A stretch of DNA of 64,000 nucleotides, from IMG/VR virus record IMGVR_UViG_3300042885_001472; one strand, 5' to 3'. Below are positions 33,193-43,500 of the stretch, piece by piece. Position numbers and translations under genes: made by a program. The notes below the pieces were generated by a model. The model did no database searches, was not told where the DNA came from, and saw only the letters and a list, made by a program, of their open reading frames with translations. The first letter of the stretch is position 1. Each line of letters opens with the position of its first letter. The stretch is from a virus. Its lineage: Duplodnaviria > Caudoviricetes.

Positions 33193-34131
33193 ATGTCAGA
33201 ATTGGTAGTAGATATTTTATGTGATGTTTTAGGTACAATTAGAAAACACGATGAATCAAAAGGTGAAATCGGTTTTGATTGTCCAACATGTTCCGAAGAG
33301 AAAGGTTCATATGATGGTGATGGTAAAGGTAATTTAGAAATTAATTATCACGCTGGGGTATTTCAATGTTGGTCTTGTTCACAAACAAATGGTACTAAAG
33401 GTACGATACGTAAATTATTTAAAATATTTGGTAATAAAGGACATCAAAAAAAGTATGAGTTACTAATCCCAGATGAGAATTACGCTGATAAAAAAGAAAA
33501 AGAAAAGGTTGGTGGTTTAGAGAAAGAATTTATTCCGATCATAAATGGTAATGGTAAAGAACACTTTAGAGCTACTAAATACTTAGGTTCAAGAAACATT
33601 AATGAGGATATAATTAAAAAATTTGACTTTCATTATGTGGTTGAAGGTGACTATAGAGGTAAAATTGTAGTCCCATCATTAGCTGTTGATGGTACATATA
33701 ATTATTTTGTTTCAAGGACATATTGTAATCAAAAACCTAAATATATTAACCCAGAAGCGGATAAAAATATTATTATATTTAATGAGGGTAGATTATCCTG
33801 GGATTCTACAATATATTTAGTGGAGGGTGTATTTGATCATATAGTAGTACCTAACTCAATACCTTTACTTGGTAAAGTGGTATCTGATTATTTAAATGAA
33901 CAATTACAATTAAAGGCTTGTGGGAATGTTGTTATTTGTTTAGATGATGACGCTTGGGAAGATAGTATTAAAGTATATAAAAAATTAAACTCCGGAAGGT
34001 TATATGGTAAGATAAGAGTAATTAAAATGCCCAAGGGGTATGATTTATCAGAACTACATCAAAACTTCGGTAAACCGGCCATAATCAAGTTATTAAAAAA
34101 ATCATTTAAATTAAAAGAAAGTTTATTATAA
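33193..34131 (+). CDS. dnaG: DNA primase (Zn finger plus TOPRIM)
   Basis: CPTC...CWSC zinc finger, KYIN, YLVEGVFD, ICLDDDA. Confidence 0.9.
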   Translation: MSELVVDILCDVLGTIRKHDESKGEIGFDCPTCSEEKGSYDGDGKGNLEINYHAGVFQCWSCSQTNGTKGTIRKLFKIFGNKGHQKKYELLIPDENYADKKEKEKVGGLEKEFIPIINGNGKEHFRATKYLGSRNINEDIIKKFDFHYVVEGDYRGKIVVPSLAVDGTYNYFVSRTYCNQKPKYINPEADKNIIIFNEGRLSWDSTIYLVEGVFDHIVVPNSIPLLGKVVSDYLNEQLQLKACGNVVICLDDDAWEDSIKVYKKLNSGRLYGKIRVIKMPKGYDLSELHQNFGKPAIIKLLKKSFKLKESLL

Positions 34132-34994
34132 TGGATAAAGAATTATTAGATATCTCCAATGAGATTAAAGAATTATTAAGTATAAGAAGAAATGAGTTAG
34201 AGTTAGACTTTACTGAAGATGAACATAAATATAGAATGAAAGATCTTACTGGGACTCTTAGAGATGATTACCCATCTGTTTCAAAAGTACTAAAACTATT
34301 CTATGATGAATTCCCCACCGAGGAAGCCGCGTTTAAAAAAAGTAAGGGTGATCCTATCTTAAAAGATAAATTAATTAAGGAGTGGGCTGAAGCTGGATTA
34401 ATGTCAACAAATATGGGTAGTAGAGTACATTACCTATTGGAAATTGAATCGGTAAAAATGTTTAATTTAAATAAGGAAGTTAGACAACCAATTTTTGAAT
34501 GTGATTCTAACCAAATAAAGGTTGGTGATTATATGGTTAGAGCCGGAACTAATTATTTAAATTTAATGAATGAACGTGGGGCTGTTTTAATAGATACGGA
34601 AATTGTTTTAGGTGATCCACATTTAGGTTATACCGGTCAACCAGACAAAGTTTGGTTGATGAAAAATAGAGAAGGTGATGGTTATGGGTTAGTGATAACT
34701 GATTGGAAAACCAATAAACCAAAAAATTTCTTAGAAACAATCTTCACTAAAAAAATGTATCCACCATTTAACGATTTACCAAGTACAGCTTTAGGTCATT
34801 ACTACGCACAATTACCATTTTATGGTAAATTAATGATAAAAATGTTACAAGGTAGTAAATATGAAAATATTAATTTACTGGGTTGTGTTGTGGTACTATT
34901 AAAAGAAGATGGGGAGTATGAAGAGTATAGAACACCAAAAAAAGTTGTTAACACAATTTTAAATATGGATATGAAAAAATATTTGATTAAGTAA
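34131..34994 (+). CDS. PD-(D/E)XK exonuclease (RecB/Cas4-like phage nuclease)
   Basis: YPSVSKVL, GSRVHYLLE, GQPDKV, ITDWKT, HYYAQLPFY. Confidence 0.8.
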   Translation: MDKELLDISNEIKELLSIRRNELELDFTEDEHKYRMKDLTGTLRDDYPSVSKVLKLFYDEFPTEEAAFKKSKGDPILKDKLIKEWAEAGLMSTNMGSRVHYLLEIESVKMFNLNKEVRQPIFECDSNQIKVGDYMVRAGTNYLNLMNERGAVLIDTEIVLGDPHLGYTGQPDKVWLMKNREGDGYGLVITDWKTNKPKNFLETIFTKKMYPPFNDLPSTALGHYYAQLPFYGKLMIKMLQGSKYENINLLGCVVVLLKEDGEYEEYRTPKKVVNTILNMDMKKYLIK

Positions 34995-35017
34995 AAAATT
35001 TTAACTAAATTTATAAA

Positions 35018-35830
35018 ATGATAAAAAAAATTATACACATAGCTGATTTACATTTCAGAACATTTAAAAGACATGAAGAATATAGAGAACAAGCTGAAAA
35101 GTTCTTTAAAGAAGTTGATTTAATACTCACTAAATATAGTCCTGATGAAGTTAGGATAGCTATACTTGGTGATTTAGTACATCAAAAGATTACTATATCA
35201 AATGAACTTAGTATGGTATTAAGTTGGTTTCTAAATGAGTGTGCGGTAAGATGTAAGACAATCATCATACCTGGTAATCACGATTTATTAGAACATAATA
35301 CTGATCGATTAGATAGTATCACACCGATAGTTGAGATGATGAGAAATAAAAACATTTTTTATTATAAACATAGTGTTTGTGATGTGGACGATAATGTTGT
35401 ATGGTGTCCATACTCAATGATTGATGGTAATTCAAGACCTAATATTGATGAGGTTAAATTAGAGTATGGTAAAGATAAAACTTATATAGGTTTATACCAT
35501 GGTCCGTTAACTGGATCAAGAACTGATTTAGGTTTTGATATTGAGGGTGGGGATTTAACACAATTTGAAAATTTGGATATTGTTATGTTAGGTGATATAC
35601 ATATGAGACAAAAATTATCTTATAAAGGTATTCCCATAATTTATAGTGGATCATTCATTCAACAGGATTTCGCTGAATCGGCTGGCCACGGACACGGATA
35701 TTTAGTTTGGGATTTAATGTCAAAAGAATATGAAGAAGTTGATATAGATACTGATCATGGATTCTATACTTTTAAAATAAACTCTTTAGATGATATTGAA
35801 TCCGATAAAGAGATATTAGTCAATTCATAA
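35018..35830 (+). CDS. sbcD: SbcD/Mre11/T4 gp47 nuclease subunit
   Basis: HIADLH, LGDLVH, PGNHD, LYHG, LGDIH, YSGSFIQQDFAE. Confidence 0.9.
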   Translation: MIKKIIHIADLHFRTFKRHEEYREQAEKFFKEVDLILTKYSPDEVRIAILGDLVHQKITISNELSMVLSWFLNECAVRCKTIIIPGNHDLLEHNTDRLDSITPIVEMMRNKNIFYYKHSVCDVDDNVVWCPYSMIDGNSRPNIDEVKLEYGKDKTYIGLYHGPLTGSRTDLGFDIEGGDLTQFENLDIVMLGDIHMRQKLSYKGIPIIYSGSFIQQDFAESAGHGHGYLVWDLMSKEYEEVDIDTDHGFYTFKINSLDDIESDKEILVNS

Positions 35831-36018
35831 TGAAAGAATTAATTCAAGGTATAAAATGTATTGGAACATTAGATAATATTGAACCTAATACATATTTTAA
35901 AATATACTCAAGAATCAATTCAATTGAGAGTGTATTATCATTTAATGGTAGTGTAGTGGGATTATTTAATGATTACTATTTACCATTTTACCAAAATTTT
36001 GATAGATTTGATGATTAA
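35830..36018 (+). CDS. Small hypothetical protein
   Basis: 62-aa ORF coupled to the sbcD stop. Confidence 0.5.
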   Translation: MKELIQGIKCIGTLDNIEPNTYFKIYSRINSIESVLSFNGSVVGLFNDYYLPFYQNFDRFDD

Positions 36019-36409
36019 TCAATTACCAGAAAAATTAAAATATGATATTACTGAATATTGTCGTGTAAACAATATCCAGGATACTAATTCATTTATTTTA
36101 AAATTAATAAGACAAGCTTTTACCACTGAAAAATTTGGTTCAGTTCCAGAGATTTTTCGTAAAAAAAATGAGGTTGAAATAGTTGTTGAGGAAACGATTA
36201 AAGAAGAACCATTAATACCGGTAATTGATGAAATTGTTAAAGATAATGATGAGGTTAAAAAGTATGAGATTGATATTGATTTAAAAAAAGAAGAAATAAA
36301 AATTGTTAAACCACCAATTAAAGTGGATGATGACATTTATGGTGAAGGTAAAACCGGTTGGTTTGGTAATTCAAATTTATATGATATAATAAAGGGTAAA
36401 AACAAATAA
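36011..36409 (+). CDS. Hypothetical acidic protein
   Basis: ATG 36011 overlaps the upstream stop; ORF runs up to sbcC. Confidence 0.6.
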   Translation: MINQLPEKLKYDITEYCRVNNIQDTNSFILKLIRQAFTTEKFGSVPEIFRKKNEVEIVVEETIKEEPLIPVIDEIVKDNDEVKKYEIDIDLKKEEIKIVKPPIKVDDDIYGEGKTGWFGNSNLYDIIKGKNK

Positions 36410-36410
36410 T

Positions 36411-37013
36411 ATGGAAAAAGAAATGATTAAAAAAGACGGAGTAACTAGTACATTACCATCAAAGGCACAAGTAAAAGTTTATTGGGATGATAGACCGGAA
36501 AATAATTCAAATGAAGGTAAACAACGAATTAAAGCTTATTTCTCAAAAAAGTATGGTGTACCACCCACATCAATTAATGTTATTTTTAGGGCGGTTAAAG
36601 AAGGTAATAAACCAGAGTTAATAAGATTGTCTGATGGTGTGGTTGATAATATTATGGATACTACATATCAAAAAAACTTATTTAAAGAATGGTTAGATAG
36701 AGAAAAAATTGAAACTAATTGGGATCGTATCGTTAAGTTGGATGATAAAGTTAATGAGGAATATAAACTAATTAAAGATACTGATTATAGATATCGTAAA
36801 TGGTTTATTAAAACTATTGAGATTGATAACTTATTAAGTTTTGGTGATGATAATGTAATTAACTATTCTGACCTTAACGGTGTTAGTGTGGTTGTGTCGG
36901 ACCCACCAAACCAGGGGGGTAAATGCGTTAGGGCTGATACTCAAGTACTTATAGATTATAATGAGGAATATATCATTAAAAAATTAGGTTTTTTGCCAGA
37001 TGAGTTAAAATAA
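36411..37013 (+). CDS. sbcC: SbcC/Rad50/T4 gp46 ATPase, N-terminal fragment plus 29-aa split-intein N-half
   Basis: WFIKTIEIDNLLSFG, Walker A first half PPNQGGK, then CVRADTQVLI (intein block A) and a stop. Confidence 0.88.
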   Translation: MEKEMIKKDGVTSTLPSKAQVKVYWDDRPENNSNEGKQRIKAYFSKKYGVPPTSINVIFRAVKEGNKPELIRLSDGVVDNIMDTTYQKNLFKEWLDREKIETNWDRIVKLDDKVNEEYKLIKDTDYRYRKWFIKTIEIDNLLSFGDDNVINYSDLNGVSVVVSDPPNQGGKCVRADTQVLIDYNEEYIIKKLGFLPDELK

Positions 37014-38523
37014 ATATATTACTTTATTTACCTTTTTGGTTAGTCGGTTATATTTATATAAAAATGTAACTAAAATGGGTAATAAAAAACAATTCACGGA
37101 ATTAGAAATTAAAGATATGATTAAAATGTATACTGAAGATTTTGAATCAACAAAAAATATTGGTTTAAAATATGGTGTTGATCGAGAAGTAATAATTAAT
37201 AGGTTAAAAATGAATAATGTTAAAATACCGAAAAGTTCACCATATAGTGAAAAGTATTGGTTAGATAGGGGCTTACCAGAGGATAAAATATTAGAACATA
37301 TTAAGACATTAAGACCGGTAAATAAAGAACATTGGATTAAAAAGGGGTACTCAGAGTCCGAAGCTATTCTACAAATAGAAGGTCAGAAATTGGTCTCTCT
37401 AAGAGGGTGTATCGCTAGATTTGGTGAAATTGAGGGTAAACAAATATGGGATAGTAGAATGGAAAAAAGGAGTGAAAATGGTAAATTAGGTTCAGCTAAT
37501 TTAGAATATTGGTTAAATAAAGGTTATTCTAATGAGGAAGCGGTGAAATTAAGGTCAGAAAGACAAAATACATTTTCTTTAGAGAAATGTTTAAAGAAAC
37601 ATGGTGAAGAAAATGGACGAAAAATATTTGTGCAGAGACAAAATAATTGGCAAAAAAGTTTATATAAAAATGGTAAATTAAAATCAGGTTATTCAGAAGT
37701 AAGTCAAGAATTATTTTTAAAATTAATTGAAAATATTGAGGTTAATGAATTAAATTATTTTTTATTCGCAAAAAAGGGTGGGGAGTTTGTGTTAAATAAT
37801 TCTAATGGGTTTTATAGGTATGACTTTACCGATTTAAAAAATAAGAAAATTATTGAATATAATGGTGATGTCTATCATGCTAACCCAGAGATTTATAATG
37901 AAACTGATACTCCAAACCCATTTAGGAAGTATTTGTCAGCCCAAGAAATTTGGGAAAAAGATGGGAATAAAAAAAATATAGCTAATGAACATGGGTTTGA
38001 GTTATTAGTCGTTTGGGATTCTGAATATAAAAAAAATAAAGAAAGTGTTATTAATAAGTGTAAAAATTTTTTAAATTTAACTGGTTAAAAGTTAATGGAT
38101 ATTAATAAAGTTTGTATAAATAAAAATAGTTTTTAAAATAAAAAAAATAAAATGGAGAAAAGTTTAACAATAGGTGAATTAAATGAAATTTATAAAAAAT
38201 ATGGTGATTTAAGTTTTAAAGTTAGTACACCTTATGGATTCAAAGATATTGAATGGTGTGGTATTACGGAAGAAAATGCTGATGTTTATCGATGTGAATT
38301 AGAAGATGGTAAATACGTGGAAGGGGCTGATTATCATAAATTGAAAAAAGAAGATGGTGAATTTGTTGTCCTTAAAGAAATTGAAGTTGATACACCAATA
38401 CAGACGATTGATGGTATTAAGAAAGTTAAAAGTATTAAATTAATGGATTTTAAAGATACTTTATATGACATACAAGTAGCGGAAGTACATCAATACTATA
38501 CAAATGGTATTGTTTCCCATAAT
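36924..38523 (+). mobile_element. Atypically split intein (IntN 36924-37010, IntC 38152-38523) enclosing a free-standing endonuclease gene
   Basis: IntN CVRADTQVLIDYNEEYIIKKLGFLPDELK; IntC MEKSLTIGEL...GADYH...LYDIQV...SHN/T. Confidence 0.88.
37075..38088 (+). CDS. Free-standing Vsr-like (PD-(D/E)XK) homing endonuclease
   Basis: C-terminal YRYDFTDLKNKKIIEYNGDVYHANP...WEKD..K...A.EHGFELLVVWDSEY; repeated YW..KGYS..EA modules; sits between intein halves; ATATTTAT motif upstream. Confidence 0.8.
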   Translation: MGNKKQFTELEIKDMIKMYTEDFESTKNIGLKYGVDREVIINRLKMNNVKIPKSSPYSEKYWLDRGLPEDKILEHIKTLRPVNKEHWIKKGYSESEAILQIEGQKLVSLRGCIARFGEIEGKQIWDSRMEKRSENGKLGSANLEYWLNKGYSNEEAVKLRSERQNTFSLEKCLKKHGEENGRKIFVQRQNNWQKSLYKNGKLKSGYSEVSQELFLKLIENIEVNELNYFLFAKKGGEFVLNNSNGFYRYDFTDLKNKKIIEYNGDVYHANPEIYNETDTPNPFRKYLSAQEIWEKDGNKKNIANEHGFELLVVWDSEYKKNKESVINKCKNFLNLTG

Positions 38524-40389
38524 ACCACTTTTTCAGTTGACGCCCTTAAATTTTTATTTTTTGGTGAAACTACTAAGACAGAAAAAAATGAAGATATTTT
38601 CAATAGTTTTAGAGAAAGTAATATTGTTAGAGTTAAAGGTTTAATTGAGATTGATGGTGATGATTTTATGATTGAAAGAGTTATCAATAGAAAACCCAAA
38701 AAAGCTGGTGGGTGGAGTGTATCATCATCTGTTGAATATAAAAAAATATTACCAGATGGTACAGAGGAAGATTTAAAAGGTGAACAAACACAAGACACCA
38801 CTAAAAAAATCGCTGAAGCCATAGGTAGTGAAAGTGATTTTATGGCCACGATTATAGCTACCGGTGATAACCTTACAGATTTAATTGATTCTAAACCAAC
38901 AGAGAGGGGTAAAACACTAACCAAATTTATTGGACTTGAAGTGTTAGATGATAAAGAAGAGATCGCCAAGAAAATGACATCAGAGTTTAAAAAAACTATG
39001 AAGTCTAACATTTATAATATTGAAACGTTAAAGAATGAAATCATTAACAATGGTCTTACGATTGAAAACTTAGGTGTATCAAATTATGATACTAATAAAA
39101 GTTTGGAAGAATCCATTAAAACGATTGAAGAATTGAACTACGAGAGAGATGGGTTACTATCTAAAAAAGTTCAAATAGATCCTGAGATTTTAAAATTAAA
39201 CCCTGAGACATTAAAAACTGATATTGGTTTATTAACTAAAAATGGTGTTAATAAAAAAGCGGAATTAGATACTATTATTAAAGAATTAGAAACTTTAGGT
39301 AAATCAACATATGATGAAGATGGACATAAAAAAACTAAAGATAGTAGGAATGAAGTAGAACTTTCTAGGAGGGGTAATATTAGTGAGATTAATAAATTAA
39401 GTAGTCACATTAAAGCTCTTAAAGAAGGTGAATTTTGTCCAACTTGTAAAAGATCATTAGAAGATGTTGACCATAGTAAAGAAATTAGTGATAGTGAAAA
39501 TAAATCTATTGAATTAACTAAAATTAATGAGGGGTTAGTAATTGAATTAGGTGAACTAGATCTATTGATTAGTCGATATGATGTTCAAAAATCCGAATCA
39601 GATTCTATTGATAGAAAATCTTTAATGAAAGATAAGATTGAAGTTGATTTAGAACGAATGAGAGTAACCCTTAAAGAGAAGAATAATCAACTTAAGGAGT
39701 ATGAGAGAAACACTGAATTTATTGATTCCAATCAAAAATTAGAAAGTCAGTTAACCGGAGTTAATTCAAGGATTAGAATGGTCGATATTGATAAGAATAA
39801 TTTTATGAAACTAATTGAAAAAAATAATAATGAAATCATTAGATTAGAAGAGTCAACAATTGATAAAACCAAATTAATAGAAACCATTAGGAAAGAATTA
39901 GATGTTGAAAAAATATTTGACATCTATTGTAAAATGATTGGTAAAAATGGAATTGGTAAGTTAGTTTTAAGATCTGTAATACCAATTATTAATTCAGAGA
40001 TTCAACAAATGTTAGATGGGGCTTGTGATTTTGAATTGGAATTAAATGTTAATGATAAGAATGAGGTTGAATTCCTGATCATAAAAAACTTTATACCTAA
40101 ATTGGTTAAGTCTGGGTCTGGGTTTGAGAAAACATTAGCGGCTTTAGCTCTTAGATTAGTATTAGGTAAAGTTTCTACACTACCTAAACCAAATATCATA
40201 GTATTGGATGAGGTATTGGGTAAAGTGGCTGATGAGAATTTATCTTTAATGAGACCATTTTTTGAAAAAATTAAAAGTAGTTTTGATAGTATCTTATTGA
40301 TAACACATAGAGAATTGGTGAGAGATTGGGCTGACAACATTTTAATGATTAAAAAAGAAAATGATGTTTCATCTATAGTTTCAATTTAA
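38152..40389 (+). CDS. sbcC: Split-intein C-half plus SbcC/Rad50/gp46 C-terminal fragment
   Basis: After SHN: TTFSVDALKFLFFG, coiled coils, zinc hook CPTC, signature SGSGFEK, Walker B IVLDE, LITH. Confidence 0.92.
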   Translation: MEKSLTIGELNEIYKKYGDLSFKVSTPYGFKDIEWCGITEENADVYRCELEDGKYVEGADYHKLKKEDGEFVVLKEIEVDTPIQTIDGIKKVKSIKLMDFKDTLYDIQVAEVHQYYTNGIVSHNTTFSVDALKFLFFGETTKTEKNEDIFNSFRESNIVRVKGLIEIDGDDFMIERVINRKPKKAGGWSVSSSVEYKKILPDGTEEDLKGEQTQDTTKKIAEAIGSESDFMATIIATGDNLTDLIDSKPTERGKTLTKFIGLEVLDDKEEIAKKMTSEFKKTMKSNIYNIETLKNEIINNGLTIENLGVSNYDTNKSLEESIKTIEELNYERDGLLSKKVQIDPEILKLNPETLKTDIGLLTKNGVNKKAELDTIIKELETLGKSTYDEDGHKKTKDSRNEVELSRRGNISEINKLSSHIKALKEGEFCPTCKRSLEDVDHSKEISDSENKSIELTKINEGLVIELGELDLLISRYDVQKSESDSIDRKSLMKDKIEVDLERMRVTLKEKNNQLKEYERNTEFIDSNQKLESQLTGVNSRIRMVDIDKNNFMKLIEKNNNEIIRLEESTIDKTKLIETIRKELDVEKIFDIYCKMIGKNGIGKLVLRSVIPIINSEIQQMLDGACDFELELNVNDKNEVEFLIIKNFIPKLVKSGSGFEKTLAALALRLVLGKVSTLPKPNIIVLDEVLGKVADENLSLMRPFFEKIKSSFDSILLITHRELVRDWADNILMIKKENDVSSIVSI

Positions 40390-40396
40390 ATAATTT

Positions 40397-40597
40397 ATGG
40401 AAGTAAAACAAAAAATTGAAAAAATTATTGGCTCTTTTGATAATAGAGCTGAAGTCGTATCCAACCTGGATAAATTATTTAAAAACAATCATCTACAACT
40501 TATAGAAGAGATCGGTGGTTCTTTAGATAAAAGGAGTCCGGATTACAATAGAATTGTTAATAGATTACTATCAATAAAGATGGATATCACTAAATAA
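40397..40597 (+). CDS. Hypothetical protein
   Basis: 66-aa ORF coupled to sbcC. Confidence 0.55.
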   Translation: MEVKQKIEKIIGSFDNRAEVVSNLDKLFKNNHLQLIEEIGGSLDKRSPDYNRIVNRLLSIKMDITK

Positions 40598-40620
40598 AAT
40601 ATTACAAAAAAATAAATAAA

Positions 40621-40848
40621 ATGGGAGAAATTTATACAAACATCGTTTATCAAAAACCAGTTCCAATTAGTGAATTTAAACCAACATCACCAATGATTAA
40701 TCCAATTACTTATGAATTAATAAACCCAGAATCATGGGAAGATGGTTTATATTTATCACCAAATTTAATGGATGAAAATCTAAAGATAAATATGGTATTT
40801 GAAGTAAAGGATAAAAAAGTGGTTAGAGTATATAAATCGAAGGTATGA
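40621..40848 (+). CDS. Hypothetical protein, possibly the relic of a cassette
   Basis: 75-aa ORF; stop is followed at once by the cassette flank GTAGTATTGGTTATAAC. Confidence 0.55.
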   Translation: MGEIYTNIVYQKPVPISEFKPTSPMINPITYELINPESWEDGLYLSPNLMDENLKINMVFEVKDKKVVRVYKSKV

Positions 40849-41065
40849 TGTAGTATTGGTTATAACGGTTGGATATTGGCTTTCTAACCATTTATATAAT
40901 GCCAAAATGAGCTAATATTTTGTTAGTATTTCGTTTACTTTTACTTTTTTAGGGGTCCATTATAAAATTAAACTATCTGATTTATAGCACTTTACAAAAA
41001 TAATGTAAATATATGAGATGTATATAATATATATAATGTATATTTACACTATAAAACTAAACAAT

Positions 41066-41347
41066 ATGAGAAATTTAATATCAGTAAGCAATCAAACAGT
41101 AAGAGTAGGTAACTTTATTATTAGCAATGTTGCAGAATATGTTTTAGATAATGGAAATAACCAAATAGAATTTAAACTTGTTTCTGCTACTGACAATTTA
41201 GATATGGTTGTCTTAAAAAGTTTAGGTATTAAAAAGGTAGAGTTTAATGCAATGAATAATAACCACATTGATAAATTTATTGAAGGGTCAAAACAAGTTT
41301 ATTTCACAAATGATTTTTTTAATTCATTAATAAAATTAACAGTATAG
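41066..41347 (+). CDS. Cassette hypothetical protein
   Basis: Probable ATG 41066 within ORF 41018..41347. Confidence 0.55.
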   Translation: MRNLISVSNQTVRVGNFIISNVAEYVLDNGNNQIEFKLVSATDNLDMVVLKSLGIKKVEFNAMNNNHIDKFIEGSKQVYFTNDFFNSLIKLTV

Positions 41348-41577
41348 TAAAATGAAAAAACTTACTAAAATACTTCAAAGTTTAAATCGCTTTGCAATCG
41401 GTTTGATTTGTAACAATGTCTACCGAAACGCTAATAACAAAGATAACTGCTTAATGGACTTTTGCAAAGAAAAATAATAAATGTCTACCGTTTTTGCAAA
41501 AGCTTATACGTCTGCCAAACTGTTGCCAAAGCGTGTGTTATGTGACGTTTTTTTATTAATAAACTAAAATTAAAATT

Positions 41578-41775
41578 ATGGAAATAGGAAAATTAAAAGT
41601 AGTATTCATTCTGTCTAATGGTCAAACTTTGACAATTAAATGTAAAAAGTTTAGTATGACAAAACTTAGCGGAACAAAAGGTGAAAGGGAAATTTCGGTT
41701 GAAGGAGCTGATAGAATATGGTCTGTTGACTTAGATGAGGTAGTGGGAATAACTGCTAGATGGTGTCTACTTTAA
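41578..41775 (+). CDS. Cassette hypothetical protein
   Basis: 65 aa; unit 41537-41788 flanked by GTTATGTGAC / GACACATAAC. Confidence 0.65.
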   Translation: MEIGKLKVVFILSNGQTLTIKCKKFSMTKLSGTKGEREISVEGADRIWSVDLDEVVGITARWCLL

Positions 41776-41942
41776 AATGACACATAACGGTTGCAAATAT
41801 AAAACGTTTATTAAACTAAACTTAAATTGAAAAACAGAATATAAATATAAACACAACAATAAATTTGGAACACTGGAATAAATGTTTTATATTTGTTGTT
41901 ATAAGTATGTATTATTTTTTAAACACTAAATTAAATAGAATT

Positions 41943-42149
41943 ATGAAAGACATTAAAGAAATGGAAGTAGAAGAACTTCGCAAAGAAATGGACGAACTTT
42001 GGGGATATTTATATATGACAAGAGAAGTCGGTGCTTATGATAAATTTGAGTGGAACGGATTAGATTATTGGGATGCTGATAGAAGACATCACAAAGTATC
42101 ACAAGAAGTTCTTCTACGGAGTATATTAGAACTCACTGATAAAAAATAA
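41943..42149 (+). CDS. Cassette hypothetical protein
   Basis: ATG 41943; unit 41898-42162. Confidence 0.65.
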   Translation: MKDIKEMEVEELRKEMDELWGYLYMTREVGAYDKFEWNGLDYWDADRRHHKVSQEVLLRSILELTDKK

Positions 42150-42223
42150 TATTACCTATAACGATTTGCGTATATACGCAGTGCTAACGAAAATTTAATT
42201 TGAAATACAAAATTTAATAATAT

Positions 42224-42415
42224 ATGAAAACTTTAATTGGAAAAATGAAAGCATTGCGTATATACGCTGTTATAAGCAGTGCTTTTAAACACGATTGTTG
42301 GATGAACAAGAAAATGGTATCAGCTTCTTATTTCAAAGATGGTGATAGCAGTGTAATATTTTCAACTGGTAAAAAATATTGTTGTGAAAAATGTGGGAAT
42401 CAGTGGTCTGAATAG
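42224..42415 (+). CDS. Cassette protein with Cys motifs; start codon lies inside the hairpin loop
   Basis: HDC...CCEKC; reads through the right arm as ALRIYAVISS; unit 42269-42428. Confidence 0.6.
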   Translation: MKTLIGKMKALRIYAVISSAFKHDCWMNKKMVSASYFKDGDSSVIFSTGKKYCCEKCGNQWSE

Positions 42416-42519
42416 CATTGCTTATAACGTTTTGCAGCTAATAAATCGGCTTGCTGTTTATTAGGTGCGGTTATAGGTATGTGTTTTTTGCGTAGGAATT
42501 AACAACTAAAATTATAAAT

Positions 42520-42687
42520 ATGAAAATTAAAATTAAAACCGAAAAAGTAGAATTTGAATTTGATGATGAGAAAATTTTTCAAATGGGAAATTATTTTGAA
42601 AAGGAAAATAAAGCTGTTTTAGAATTTCTAAAGGAGTGTATTCAAAAGGTAAGTGAGGAATCGATTAAAATTAATAAACGTGAGTAG
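42520..42687 (+). CDS. Cassette hypothetical protein (55 aa, below the ORF-track cut-off)
   Basis: MKIKIKTEKVEFEFDDEKIF...KINKRE*; unit 42470-42715. Confidence 0.6.
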   Translation: MKIKIKTEKVEFEFDDEKIFQMGNYFEKENKAVLEFLKECIQKVSEESIKINKRE

Positions 42688-42772
42688 TGCGGTGGGTAAA
42701 AACATTACCTATAACGGTTTGCAGCTTTGAGCCGTTTAAACGAATATTAATTTAAAACAATAATTAACGAAT

Positions 42773-43000
42773 ATGAAAAATGAAACAATAAAAAATGGCT
42801 TAAAGGTGCTGTTAGTAGCTGTTATTTTTTGCGGTTGTGATACTACTGTAAGGAAAAATTTAACAGGTGAAAAATATTTTGGAAGTGATATAGAAGTGCT
42901 TGTAGTCGATAGTTGTGAGTATCTGATTTTTGCTTCTGGTACGAGAAGTGTAACGCATAAGGGGAACTGTAAATATTGTGCAGAACGTAGCAAAAAATAA
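42773..43000 (+). CDS. Cassette-encoded putative small lipoprotein
   Basis: MKNETIKNGLKVLLVAVIFCG-C signal/lipobox; C-terminal THKGNCKYC; paralogue of 52583..52846. Confidence 0.65.
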   Translation: MKNETIKNGLKVLLVAVIFCGCDTTVRKNLTGEKYFGSDIEVLVVDSCEYLIFASGTRSVTHKGNCKYCAERSKK

Positions 43001-43116
43001 TTGCTACTAACGGTTGAGGCTATGAGTAGTTGCCTTGTAAATACTGCTCAATTAACCACAAACGCTGATAGGCAATTGCTTATAGCCTTTGTTATAGGTT
43101 GTAAAATTTATGGATT

Positions 43117-43359
43117 ATGAAAGTAACAGATTTTATTGGAGTGAAAGCTAAATACGATGAAGATGGACAATTTATTTGGGGAATTGAAAAGGATGGTGGA
43201 CATCAAAAACTTGCTGATTTAAGAGGTTGGGGAGCAATTCAAAACTTATTCATCAATAAGGATAAAACTATTGATTTAGATGCAGCAGCAAGTTTTCAAG
43301 ATGAATTTGGCAGATGGATTGTCGAGGCTATAAACGAGAAATTGGAATGGGAACGGTAG
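43117..43359 (+). CDS. Cassette hypothetical protein
   Basis: 80 aa; unit 43091-43379. Confidence 0.7.
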   Translation: MKVTDFIGVKAKYDEDGQFIWGIEKDGGHQKLADLRGWGAIQNLFINKDKTIDLDAAASFQDEFGRWIVEAINEKLEWER

Positions 43360-43500
43360 TAAATTTTATTACCTATAACGGTTGGCGATTGGTGTCTGTT
43401 ATTTTGCCTTGCAGACATTTCAATTTTACGATAAACTTAATAGGCAAAATTATAGCACCAATTGCTTGTTAGCAGTATGTGTTTTTAAACTTTTTTAGCG

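Noticed and set aside
34131-34994. Cas4 or a CRISPR-associated nuclease
   Set aside because: It lacks the Fe-S cysteine cluster and CRISPR context, and sits in the replication/recombination operon.
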